From Candidatus Latescibacterota bacterium (lineage in GTDB: Bacteria > Latescibacterota > UBA2968 > GCA-2709665), in NCBI GenBank assembly GCA_965248435.1, contig OZ252100.1, positions 416,001 to 480,000 of the forward strand: DNA of 64,000 nucleotides, written 5' to 3'. The position numbers were made by a program, and so were the translations under genes. Shown piece by piece: positions 15,773 to 24,302 of this stretch. Below the pieces are notes generated by a model. The model was not told where the DNA came from, searched no databases, and saw only the letters and a program-made list of their open reading frames with translations. Position 1 is the first letter of the stretch. The number at the start of each line of letters is the position of its first letter.

Positions 15773-18295
15773 TCAAATCCCGACCTGGTAGGCGATCTTC
15801 ATCAAGACGGCCCGGTTTCGCTGAGCGATCCCGCTTTCAGTGCCGAACGCCTGATCGAACACAAAAAAGAGGTTGCTTCCGGGTCGAAATCGATAGTTTA
15901 CGAGAAAGTTGGTACTTACCAGCTCCTTGTCGTTATTCCACTGGGCAAACAGCTTGAAAAAGAAATCGGTCGTCAAGGAGTAGATCACCCTGGCGCCAAG
16001 GGTGTTCAAACTCAGCTTCCCCTGGGGCAGCCGAATCCAATTGCTCACGTGGCGAATCCCCACTGAAAAACGGCCCGTCGGCCGAGCCTCGCCTTCCAGC
16101 AATGTGGCAAACCTGTGCCCCGTGAAATACCCCCCTGCTTGAAGCCTGATACGGACGTAGGCCTTTCTTGAGCGATCCGTCCACGGCCCAGTTGTAAACG
16201 TGGTGAAAGTATACGACCCCGCCGGGATCTCGACCTCTTCCCGCCGATCGGAGGGCGCAAACGGTTCATCGACCTCTTCGTGCTGAGTCGTAACCGCGAT
16301 CTGGTAATTGTGCCCGGAGTTGAAAATCGTCCACCACGAGAGTTCACTCTCCAGAGACTTCACCCGGTTCTCCCGGTCAGTGATCATATTGAATTCAGGT
16401 CCGATCGAAAAGTAGCGGATCCCGCCCAGGCCGGGCCTTGGTCTCGCCTTCATCCGGCCAAAATATCTGCGAAAACCCTCGAGGCCTTCCCTTCGGTTCA
16501 CGAATCCCACAGCCGGTTCGAATTCCGGATCTACATTCAGGAATCCGAGCTTTCCCGACAAGCGGTTTCCACAATAGATCAACCTCCCGAACTGCGCGTT
16601 GCCCCGAGTTCCGGTTTCAGAATCCCAGGTGCGCGCAACGAACCCCTGCAGGCTTAGCGACGCCGCGGGAGAATAGCTGAAATCGACGCCGCCTGCACGA
16701 TTGTAGTGACCCCATCCTGAATCGGACAGCTTCGACTGCTTGTTGACGAAGATGAACCCGACGTTAGACCGGGCGAGCAGGTCTCGCTTCACCCTGATTG
16801 CAGAAAAGTTGCTGCGTGGGATGAACAGGCTGTCGCCATCTTCCGTAAAGGACCGACTGTCCGTGAGCACGTTGAGCGCGCCCACACTCGTTCGATTCGC
16901 CTTCCCTACGATTTTTGTCGCGAGCCGCACGGGCACCGGCCTGTCTTCCTCCAATCCGATTCGCCGGCTGTAAAACAGGAGCGTCGGCGGCAGGGTTCCC
17001 CCGCTCCGATCCTCCGCGGCCTCGCCGAAATCGAACAGGTTGGCCCCCTCTAAGAAGAATCCCCGCTTTTCGGGGAAAAAGAGCGAAAACTGGGACAGGT
17101 TGACCTGCTCCTGGTCCCCTTCCACCTGGGCAAAATCAGTATTGTAGGAGAGGTCTGCCGTTAAGTTGGGTGTGAGTCCGTATCGCAGATCCACTCCGGA
17201 CTCAAAGCTCGGGTTCTCCTCGGGATTATCACCCTCTCGATCGATTGAGGTACCTGGAAGCATATAGGGCGTCACGTTGAGCAGCCTCCTGGAGCGGAGT
17301 CCTTCGAGACCGCGCAGTTCTCCAATGTCCGAGGTCCAGTAGCGCGCCCTGCTCGAGGATGCCCGGCCGCCGCCAACGACGAGACGCACCTCTTCGTTCT
17401 TGTAGGAGATGTTGCGTCCAAGATTGATTCCCCACACGATCGGTTCTCCAAGCCTGAATCGGAGTTGATTCAAGGGGATAGCAATCTCTGCCGTCCACCC
17501 CGTTGCGTGTTGCCTGGTACGGACCTCCCAGATACAGTCCCAGTCACCGTTAGAGGTCCGCCCTCCCTCCGAGAGTATGATATCCCGTTGAGCCCCAAGC
17601 GGATTTACGAAGAAGAAGAAACCGGTTTGTCTGTCGTTGTAAGTGTCGAGTAGGATCTGCACATTGTCGTCGTGCCGCAGGCTCGAATCCCTGCGCATAT
17701 TGTTCGCGACGACCCGGCCCGAATCGGAGAGGAAACACTCGAAGCCGAAATAGATCTTCTCCTCGTCATAGAGGATCCGAACGACCGTTCGCTCTGTACT
17801 CGGCATCCAGTAGTCCGGGTCCCGCTGGACGAAGCCTTCAATGGCCCTGGCCTCGAGCCAGACCGGGTCGTCCAATCGGCCATCCAGGCGAGGACCCTTT
17901 GGCACGTTTTCTGCATAGACGATGCGGCGCGCGCGGTGTCCGGGAGGGGGTGAACCTTCAATCGGCATCACGCGGCTGTGAACCTTGAACTGCTCGCCAC
18001 TGTCTGAGAGAACTCGTGCTACAAGCATCTCACCCAGATCCTTGATCACCTCCAGCGTTCCCACCTCGTTTCGACCGTTACCGGGAAGCACTCTCAACTG
18101 GCTCCAGACCGGAGCCGACCCGGAGAGTCCCTGCACGTAGACCAGGTCTCCAGATACGTGACGTATCTCCCCCACCTTTTGATCTATCCGCGGAGCCAAG
18201 CGTCCTGCTGACCCCAAACTGGAGTCAGCCCACAGGCCGGGCACCCCGATCGCGAGGGTCGCCATAAGTAAGACAGGTATGCCAAATTTGCTCAA
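15773..18295 (-). CDS. DUF5916 / carbohydrate-binding family 9-like domain + beta-barrel outer-membrane protein
   Basis: Signal peptide; P.LDGRLDD.VW, LDTYND, GWTAEIAIP, NTDFAQVEGD, LFFPEKRGFFLEG, FYSRRIG. Confidence 0.9.
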   Translation of the reverse strand: MSKFGIPVLLMATLAIGVPGLWADSSLGSAGRLAPRIDQKVGEIRHVSGDLVYVQGLSGSAPVWSQLRVLPGNGRNEVGTLEVIKDLGEMLVARVLSDSGEQFKVHSRVMPIEGSPPPGHRARRIVYAENVPKGPRLDGRLDDPVWLEARAIEGFVQRDPDYWMPSTERTVVRILYDEEKIYFGFECFLSDSGRVVANNMRRDSSLRHDDNVQILLDTYNDRQTGFFFFVNPLGAQRDIILSEGGRTSNGDWDCIWEVRTRQHATGWTAEIAIPLNQLRFRLGEPIVWGINLGRNISYKNEEVRLVVGGGRASSSRARYWTSDIGELRGLEGLRSRRLLNVTPYMLPGTSIDREGDNPEENPSFESGVDLRYGLTPNLTADLSYNTDFAQVEGDQEQVNLSQFSLFFPEKRGFFLEGANLFDFGEAAEDRSGGTLPPTLLFYSRRIGLEEDRPVPVRLATKIVGKANRTSVGALNVLTDSRSFTEDGDSLFIPRSNFSAIRVKRDLLARSNVGFIFVNKQSKLSDSGWGHYNRAGGVDFSYSPAASLSLQGFVARTWDSETGTRGNAQFGRLIYCGNRLSGKLGFLNVDPEFEPAVGFVNRREGLEGFRRYFGRMKARPRPGLGGIRYFSIGPEFNMITDRENRVKSLESELSWWTIFNSGHNYQIAVTTQHEEVDEPFAPSDRREEVEIPAGSYTFTTFTTGPWTDRSRKAYVRIRLQAGGYFTGHRFATLLEGEARPTGRFSVGIRHVSNWIRLPQGKLSLNTLGARVIYSLTTDFFFKLFAQWNNDKELVSTNFLVNYRFRPGSNLFFVFDQAFGTESGIAQRNRAVLMKIAYQVGI

Positions 18296-18424
18296 ACGAA
18301 AATCCTGCTATCTGGGACCGCAGACAATGGACGACCAAAACCTAAAGGTTGTTCTTCTTACGGACGGCGGTCATTTGATCACGGCTCAATATAAACCTTA
18401 CCGGCCCAATCGGCCTGCTTTTCC

Positions 18425-18454
18425 TTGACACGAACAGGTCGAGTTGTCTATCTT
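18425..18454 (+). promoter_or_regulatory. sigma70 promoter of the lysine riboswitch/asd leader
   Basis: TTGACA-18 nt-TATCTT directly upstream of the aptamer. Confidence 0.65.
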
Positions 18455-18463
18455 TTCATCGTT

Positions 18464-18642
18464 GCAAGGGTAGAGGCGCGGTCTTTCATCAGTAGCCGGC
18501 GCAGGAAGGCGAAACCGAACCGTCGGACGAAAGGGAAAGGCTGCCGAAGTCTGTTGTCCTTTTCGCCTGGGCAGCGGGCTGGGCCAGTGGTTAAGATCCG
18601 CTGGACTGTCACAGGGCACGGCCCCGTGGAGCGCTCTCTTGC
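18464..18642 (+). ncRNA. Lysine riboswitch
   Basis: AGAGGCGCG...AGUAG...GAAAGGGAAAGGCUGCCGAAG...GCUGGGCC...GGACUGUCAC...GUGGAGCGCU consensus; P1 GCAAGGG/CUCUUGC; located upstream of asd. Confidence 0.93.
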
Positions 18643-18667
18643 CGGTACGACCGCGCTGACAAGATTC

Positions 18668-18705
18668 GGCCGGCGATGCCGCACTCCTGGCACGCTGGCC
18701 TTTTT
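18668..18705 (+). terminator. Riboswitch expression-platform intrinsic terminator
   Basis: GGCCGGCG-ATGCC...GGCA-CGCTGGCC stem followed by TTTTT, just before the asd SD. Confidence 0.75.
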
Positions 18706-18726
18706 ATATCCCTGAAGGAGAAGCCG

Positions 18727-19809
18727 ATGGAGAAGCTCAGAGTGGGCATTTTGGGCGCCACGGGAATGGTTGGGCAGAGATTTGTTACGCTGCTCGCCGA
18801 CCATCCCTGGTTCGATGTGGTGTCGTTGGGTGCAAGCCCGCGCTCGGCCGGAAAGCCCTATCTTGAGGCCGTTGAAGGGCGCTGGACGATGCAGGAAGAT
18901 ATTCCTCCTGCCCTTTCACACGTCATCGTGAAAAACGCGACGGATGTTGATACCCTCTGTGAGGAGGTAGACTTCGTCTTTTCCGCTGTAGACATGCCCA
19001 GGGAAGCGATCCTCGACCTTGAAGAAGCGTTTGCCAGACACGAAACGCCCGTCGTTTCGAACAATTCTGCGCACCGCTGGACACCTGACGTCCCGATGCT
19101 GATCCCCGAAATCAACGCCGAACATACCGAGGTCATTCCGGCACAGCGAAAGCGACTCGGGACGACATCGGGGTTTATCTGTGTCAAGCCCAACTGTTCG
19201 ATACAGCCCTACGTGCCTGCGCTCCACGCACTTGCCGACTTCGAGCCGGAAAGGGCCGTGGTCTGCACCTATCAAGCCCTGTCCGGGGCCGGAAAGACCC
19301 TCGACAGCTGGCCCGAGATGGCGGACAATGTCATTCCGTTTATCGGTGGAGAAGAAGAAAAGAGCGAACGGGAACCACACAAGATTTGGGGCAAAGTAGA
19401 CCAGGGACGCATCGTAAGCGCGGACGGTCCTGTGATCTCCGCCCAATGTGTCAGGGTGCCGGTATCGGACGGACATATGGCCGCGGTATCGGTCGCTTTC
19501 AACCGGAAGCCTGCGATCGAGCAGATTCGAGAACGATGGGAAGCGTTCGTGGGAAGCCCGCGCGCTGTCAACCTCCCTTCTTCGGCCGATCCGTTCCTCG
19601 CCTACTCCGACGAGGATGATCGTCCGCAGACCCGAATCGACCGGGATGCCAGCCGGGGCATGGGGGTGACGCTGGGCCGCCTCAGGGAGGATGCAGTCCT
19701 GGACTACAAGTTCGTCGCCCTCAGCCACAACACGATTCGTGGAGCGGCCGGTGGTGGCATCCTGATGGCGGAGCTCCTCAAGGCCGAAGGCTATCTGAAT
19801 GCCAAGTGA
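18727..19809 (+). CDS. asd: Aspartate-semialdehyde dehydrogenase (archaeal/fungal-like subtype)
   Basis: AAGGAG SD; VGILGATGMVGQRF, KPNCS catalytic Cys, QALSGAG, RVPVSDGH, SHNTIRGAAGG. Confidence 0.96.
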   Translation: MEKLRVGILGATGMVGQRFVTLLADHPWFDVVSLGASPRSAGKPYLEAVEGRWTMQEDIPPALSHVIVKNATDVDTLCEEVDFVFSAVDMPREAILDLEEAFARHETPVVSNNSAHRWTPDVPMLIPEINAEHTEVIPAQRKRLGTTSGFICVKPNCSIQPYVPALHALADFEPERAVVCTYQALSGAGKTLDSWPEMADNVIPFIGGEEEKSEREPHKIWGKVDQGRIVSADGPVISAQCVRVPVSDGHMAAVSVAFNRKPAIEQIRERWEAFVGSPRAVNLPSSADPFLAYSDEDDRPQTRIDRDASRGMGVTLGRLREDAVLDYKFVALSHNTIRGAAGGGILMAELLKAEGYLNAK

Positions 19810-20749
19810 GTCGGGTGAGAAGGAGCGATATCCGGCCGATCACGAGCATCGCACGACCCTGGCCCTCCTGTCCCTCGACGGGCTCTCCGTCGGCGACGCC
19901 CTCGGACAACGCTTCTTCGGTCCGCCGGCGATCGTCTCTGGAATGATCGAGAATCGACAGATCCCACCCGCACCCTGGTACTTCACAGACGACACGGCCA
20001 TGGCCATCTCCATCGTGGAGACCCTTTCACGACACGGTCGAATCCATCAGGATGAACTTGCATTGGCCTTTGCGCGGCGTTACCGACAGGAGCCAGACAG
20101 AGGGTATGGCCCCTTCGCCCGCAAGATTCTGGCGAACATCGACCGCGGTGGGTCCTGGCGGGAACTCGCGCCGCAGGCCTTCGGCGGCTCTGGCTCGATG
20201 GGCAACGGCGGAGCGATGCGAGTGGCCCCGGTCGGCGCCTACTTTTACGATGACCTCGATTGCGCTGCAGAACAGGCAGAGGCGTCCGCGGAAATCACAC
20301 ACGCGCACGCGGAGGGAAGGGCGGGCGCGGTCGCAATCGCTGCAGCTGCGGCCACGGCCGCCAGGGCGCAGGCAGGCGGCGACGCCATAACGCCTGATCA
20401 CTTCTTTTCTGAGATCCTGTCCGTCACGCCTCCCTCGGCGACGAGAGACGCGATCGAATCCGCTCGAGATCTCTCGCCCGCTTCCCCTCCCGAGTTGGCC
20501 GCCCAGAAACTGGGCTCGGGCAATCGAATCACAGCGCCAGACACGGTCCCCTTTACGCTCTGGTGCGCCGTCAGGCATCTCGCCAGCTACCCGGAGGCCA
20601 TCTGGACCACGATTTCCGGCCTGGGTGATCGGGACACGACCTCCGCGATCGTCGGTGGAATCGTCGCGCTTTCGGCCGGACGCTTTTCCATTCCTCCCAC
20701 GTGGCTTTCTTCCCGAGAACCGCTCCCCGTTATTGTCCCCGAAAACTAG
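19799..20749 (+). CDS. ADP-ribosylglycohydrolase family protein
   Basis: VGDALG, FTDDT, GNGGAMR, ITH, GDRDTTSAIVG. Confidence 0.92.
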   Translation: MPSESGEKERYPADHEHRTTLALLSLDGLSVGDALGQRFFGPPAIVSGMIENRQIPPAPWYFTDDTAMAISIVETLSRHGRIHQDELALAFARRYRQEPDRGYGPFARKILANIDRGGSWRELAPQAFGGSGSMGNGGAMRVAPVGAYFYDDLDCAAEQAEASAEITHAHAEGRAGAVAIAAAAATAARAQAGGDAITPDHFFSEILSVTPPSATRDAIESARDLSPASPPELAAQKLGSGNRITAPDTVPFTLWCAVRHLASYPEAIWTTISGLGDRDTTSAIVGGIVALSAGRFSIPPTWLSSREPLPVIVPEN

Positions 20750-20803
20750 CCTTCCCTCCCTCACGCTTCACTCAAGTCCGCTTCACTTTCAAAGGAGATC
20801 GGC

Positions 20804-21856
20804 ATGGATACATCGATAACCACCCTGCTGGGGATCGTCTTTCTGGGACTGGCAGGGGCGTCTGTTTCGCTCATGTTCAAGCTGTGGGGCTATCCCTACG
20901 ACGAAGAGACTCACACCAGCACCGCACCCGAGTCCCTGGTTACGCTTCACAGGGTAATCGGCATTGCCTACGTGGTGATTTACATCGTCATGATGTGGCA
21001 AATGGTGCCGCGGATGTGGAACTACCAGATCGAGCTGCCGCCTCGCACCGTCGCCCACCTGATGCTCGGGATCTCCATCGGCGTGCTGCTGCTGATAAAG
21101 ATCTCCATTGTGCGTTTCTTCAGGCACTTCAGCAGTGCCCTCCCCTTTCTGGGTAGCGCGATTCTGCTCTTCACGGTTCTGCTCATCGGCCTCTCTGTGC
21201 CGTTCACGCTGCGCGAACATTACCTGCGCGCGGGGGCACAGCTTATGAGCGATGAGAGCCTTCAGCGGGTGCGGACCCAGTTGAAGACAGCCGACATGCA
21301 AGGAGATGTTCAGCTGGATCAACTGGCTTCCCGACGAAAGCTTCGAGAAGGGCGTCAAGTGCTGTTGTCCAAATGCGTCAAGTGTCACGATTTGCGAACG
21401 ATCCTGCTCAGACCTCGAACGCCCAAAAACTGGGTGCGAACGGTCGAACGGATGGCGCGAATGCCCACCATCGGGGAACCGATCACAGAAGCGGATGAGT
21501 GGACGGTGTCGGCATACCTCATCGCAATTACACCCGACCTGCAGAATTCGGCCAAGATCCGTCGGAAACGGAACCTGGAGGCGCGCGTGGTCCAGACGGC
21601 CATGCAGACCGCGTTCGTCCCGCACGACCAGGCCCGTGACGAGATGGCCTATGACCCGCAGATCGCCAGAGTCCTGTTTGAAGAGACCTGCTCTCAGTGC
21701 CACGAACTTTCGGAGGTCGACAACGCGCCCCCAACCACAGTGACGGAAACTCAGGGCCTCATCGCCCGCATGATCGAGAACGGGCTCTACCTGGAGGAGC
21801 CGGAGATCGAGGTCATTGTTCGATATCTGAATGAGATGTATGTCTCGAATGAGTGA
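20804..21856 (+). CDS. Membrane-bound diheme c-type cytochrome (4-TM N-terminal domain with conserved His + CVKCH and CSQCH)
   Basis: AAGGAG SD; four TM helices containing LHR and AHL; two CxxCH, each followed by an (E/A)RM distal Met motif. Confidence 0.85.
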   Translation: MDTSITTLLGIVFLGLAGASVSLMFKLWGYPYDEETHTSTAPESLVTLHRVIGIAYVVIYIVMMWQMVPRMWNYQIELPPRTVAHLMLGISIGVLLLIKISIVRFFRHFSSALPFLGSAILLFTVLLIGLSVPFTLREHYLRAGAQLMSDESLQRVRTQLKTADMQGDVQLDQLASRRKLREGRQVLLSKCVKCHDLRTILLRPRTPKNWVRTVERMARMPTIGEPITEADEWTVSAYLIAITPDLQNSAKIRRKRNLEARVVQTAMQTAFVPHDQARDEMAYDPQIARVLFEETCSQCHELSEVDNAPPTTVTETQGLIARMIENGLYLEEPEIEVIVRYLNEMYVSNE

Positions 21857-21976
21857 GGGGAATTCTACGACATCTATTCGTCCAGTGGAATCCTGAACTG
21901 CTTGTCGCCGGAGCAGGCCTCCGTGCCTGCCTGGACTTTCGGTCATCATTCGACAACGACCCGGTTTACTTCTTCC

Positions 21977-22020
21977 AAAAAAAAAACGGCGCCAGCGAAT
22001 TCGCATTCGCCGGCGCCGTC
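21977..22020 (-). terminator. Intrinsic terminator
   Basis: ACGGCGCCGGCGAAT/ATTCGCTGGCGCCGT stem followed by a long T run on the minus strand. Confidence 0.85.
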
Positions 22021-22046
22021 TCCTTGGGGACCGCAATCGCGGGGGG

Positions 22047-22220
22047 CTATAGCTTGGAGAAGTAGAGCGCTCTGACCTTGAAGAGGATCTGGCCCTTGGA
22101 TGTCATCGTCAGGATCGGAAAGGGTCGTGGGCCGACCCTTCCGAGGGTTCGCATGAGCTGAGATTCCTCATCGTTTCGATCTTCGTAGTGCCAGGTCAGT
22201 AATTTCTTAGACAGAGACAT
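22047..22220 (-). CDS. Small hypothetical protein (57 aa, MSLSKKLLTWHYED...) downstream of flgC
   Basis: ATG 13 bp after the flgC stop; fills the gap up to the terminator; below the ORF-track cutoff. Confidence 0.4.
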   Translation of the reverse strand: MSLSKKLLTWHYEDRNDEESQLMRTLGRVGPRPFPILTMTSKGQILFKVRALYFSKL

Positions 22221-22233
22221 ATTTATCGTTCGA

Positions 22234-22785
22234 TTAGATTTCGAGGGCCCGGTGGACCATATCTTTGGAGGCGTTCATGGCCGTGACGCTGGCTTCATAA
22301 GCCCTTGAGGCGGCGATCATGTCCACCATCTCCGTGATCACATTGATGTCCGGGTAGACCACGTAGCCATCCTCGCGGGCATCCGGGTGGGCCGGATCGT
22401 AAACAAGCTTCGGTTCGATCGGCTCTTCGCGAATCTCTACCGACTCGACGCCCGCGCCGAGCAGCTGATCTATCGTAGGCCTGGGAATTCCCGGAAGATG
22501 ACCTGGATGACTTCCCCGGAGATTGTCCTGCTGCCGCATCAGGAGGTTCGAAAACCGCCCGACTGTCGGCGACTCGATCATCACAACCCGTTTACGCTTG
22601 TATGGGCCGCCCTCTTCGGTCCGCGTCGTGTCAACGTTCGCGATATTGCTCGCAATCGCGTTCAGTTTCCGGCGCTGCGCCGAAAGTCCGGCGGCGCTGA
22701 TGTCGATGGAGTCGAAGATGCCGGCCTTGTTCGGGGCATAGCCCGTGGAGGATCTGGCCAGCGTTACGCTCTGGGATAAAGACAT
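22234..22785 (-). CDS. flgC: Flagellar basal-body rod protein FlgC
   Basis: ISAAGLSAQR..LNAIASNIAN.DTT, GPYKRK, YDPAHPDA..DGYV.YPDIN..EMVDMIAASRAYEA. Confidence 0.95.
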   Translation of the reverse strand: MSLSQSVTLARSSTGYAPNKAGIFDSIDISAAGLSAQRRKLNAIASNIANVDTTRTEEGGPYKRKRVVMIESPTVGRFSNLLMRQQDNLRGSHPGHLPGIPRPTIDQLLGAGVESVEIREEPIEPKLVYDPAHPDAREDGYVVYPDINVITEMVDMIAASRAYEASVTAMNASKDMVHRALEI

Positions 22786-22841
22786 GACAGTCCTTCCTCA
22801 AACAACCCGGTGAAGTGGGATGAAAATCCACTCCCCTCTCT

Positions 22842-22857
22842 CGCAAACCTCGTGCCG
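22842..22857 (-). promoter_or_regulatory. sigma54 (-24/-12) promoter of flgC
   Basis: cGGCACGaggtTTGCg closely matches TGGCACG-N4-TTGC; AT-rich IHF-like tract at about 22875-22900. Confidence 0.7.
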
Positions 22858-22971
22858 AACCAATAGGATCCTCGTAAGTCTCTAATTATCAAAAAAATAA
22901 GGGAGATCGACGCCGTCGAAGCCGATCTCCCGTTAGTCCATTTGCTCCCCCGAAGAGGAAATTTCCTCTCT

Positions 22972-24159
22972 TCAGACCCCCTTTATCACGATGACGCTTA
23001 CTTCTGAAGGCGCGAGATAGCGCACAGGGGCCAGTGTATGGCCCAACCCGTTGTTCACACTCAGAAGCATCCTGCTCACTTCATAGAACCCCGACAGGTA
23101 GGGCGTCTCGGCCAGCACTGGCGTAAAGTTCCACCCGAACCAGCGCATCACGACCTGTCCCCCGTGGGTATGCCCGGCGACCATCACACGGTAGCCCGCC
23201 TCCTCGGCGAAGTCCACGACCTCCTGAGTGGGTTGATGGGTCAGCAAGATGGAGAACGCATTTCCGGGCTTTCCAGTCTTGAAGGCCCCGAGGTCTGGCC
23301 GATCGCTGTAGGCGTTCGTGAGAACAGAAAGTCCGACGGTTCCTCCCGGCATTCGAATCTGCTCGTGAACATTTTCGAGGAGTTTGACGCCCTCAGCTTC
23401 AAGCCGTTCTGAAATCATCCCGCTGTCCGACCAGATATCGTGATCCCCAAGACAGGCATACACGCCGTAGCGGGACTGGATCTTTCCGAGGGCCGCTGCA
23501 CCAGCCGGAATAAACGCGTCTCCCCGCGTGACCAGGTCCCCCGAAAACAGGACGATGTCGGCCTCCTGTCGATTCACTACATCGATGTAAGCCTCCAGAC
23601 GTGTTTGATCGGTTCTGGCGTCTGCCTGGACGTCGCTGATGTGGACGATCCGTAGACCTTCCAGGCCCTCCGGGAGTCCTGCAACCCGATGCTCTTTTAC
23701 CTGTGCTCGTACTCCGAACGTGTCTTGATAGACTCTGGCGACGACAAACAGGACCACCAGGACGAGACCTGTAGAAACCAGCCAGGGCTCCACGCCGAGC
23801 CACGCGAGCCAGGATTGTCTGAAAAAGATCCTTGCACCCAGTCGGACAACTTCCAGCGTAAGCAGATAGGGGGCGACCTGCGCGACGAAGATCACTGAAA
23901 TCCAATAGGGGTAGGTCAGGAACCAGTCGAGGAGGCCACCCTCAAGTTGGAGTCGCGAGATTCGAAACGTATGTCCAAGGAAGAGGAGGAGAGGGTAGGC
24001 CGTGATCCAGATCCCGACGCCGAGCAGCGTCCAGGCGAGCACCGGTTTGAGCTCCGGCAAGAGCCGCAGGACTGCGCCGGACCCCCTCCAGCCCACGTAA
24101 AGGAACAGAGGGATTTCAATGACAAAGATGACCAGAGTCATCCGGGTAGGCCAGGGCAT
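22972..24159 (-). CDS. Membrane-anchored metallophosphoesterase (YkuE/YaeI-like)
   Basis: N-terminal TMs; HISD, GDL, LGDHD, LTHQP, AGHTHGGQ; ATG 24159 with GGAG SD. Confidence 0.9.
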   Translation of the reverse strand: MPWPTRMTLVIFVIEIPLFLYVGWRGSGAVLRLLPELKPVLAWTLLGVGIWITAYPLLLFLGHTFRISRLQLEGGLLDWFLTYPYWISVIFVAQVAPYLLTLEVVRLGARIFFRQSWLAWLGVEPWLVSTGLVLVVLFVVARVYQDTFGVRAQVKEHRVAGLPEGLEGLRIVHISDVQADARTDQTRLEAYIDVVNRQEADIVLFSGDLVTRGDAFIPAGAAALGKIQSRYGVYACLGDHDIWSDSGMISERLEAEGVKLLENVHEQIRMPGGTVGLSVLTNAYSDRPDLGAFKTGKPGNAFSILLTHQPTQEVVDFAEEAGYRVMVAGHTHGGQVVMRWFGWNFTPVLAETPYLSGFYEVSRMLLSVNNGLGHTLAPVRYLAPSEVSVIVIKGV

Positions 24160-24185
24160 CTGTTCTCCAAGGAATCGCCATCTAA

Positions 24186-24268
24186 GACCGCAGACCACGG
24201 ACCGCCAAAACCAGAAAAGATCACCCATTCATTTCGCCGTCCGTCGTCCGCCGTCTGTGGTCCACGGG
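24186..24268. repeat. 7-bp-periodic inverted-repeat element, related to the copy at 56419-56503
   Basis: GGACCGC-type heptamers, CCAAAACCAGAA core, then CCGTCCG/CCGTCTG heptamers. Confidence 0.55.
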
Positions 24269-24302
24269 TGATGAGTCAGTAAATGACGCTCTTGTACCTC
24301 AC

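Noticed and set aside
21853-22065. 70-aa ORF after the diheme cytochrome
   Set aside because: Runs through a terminator hairpin and an A-tract; no motif.
22072-22199. 6S-like RNA downstream of flgC
   Set aside because: Only the central hairpin and short outer pairings are convincing, and the region is also an intact 57-codon ORF.
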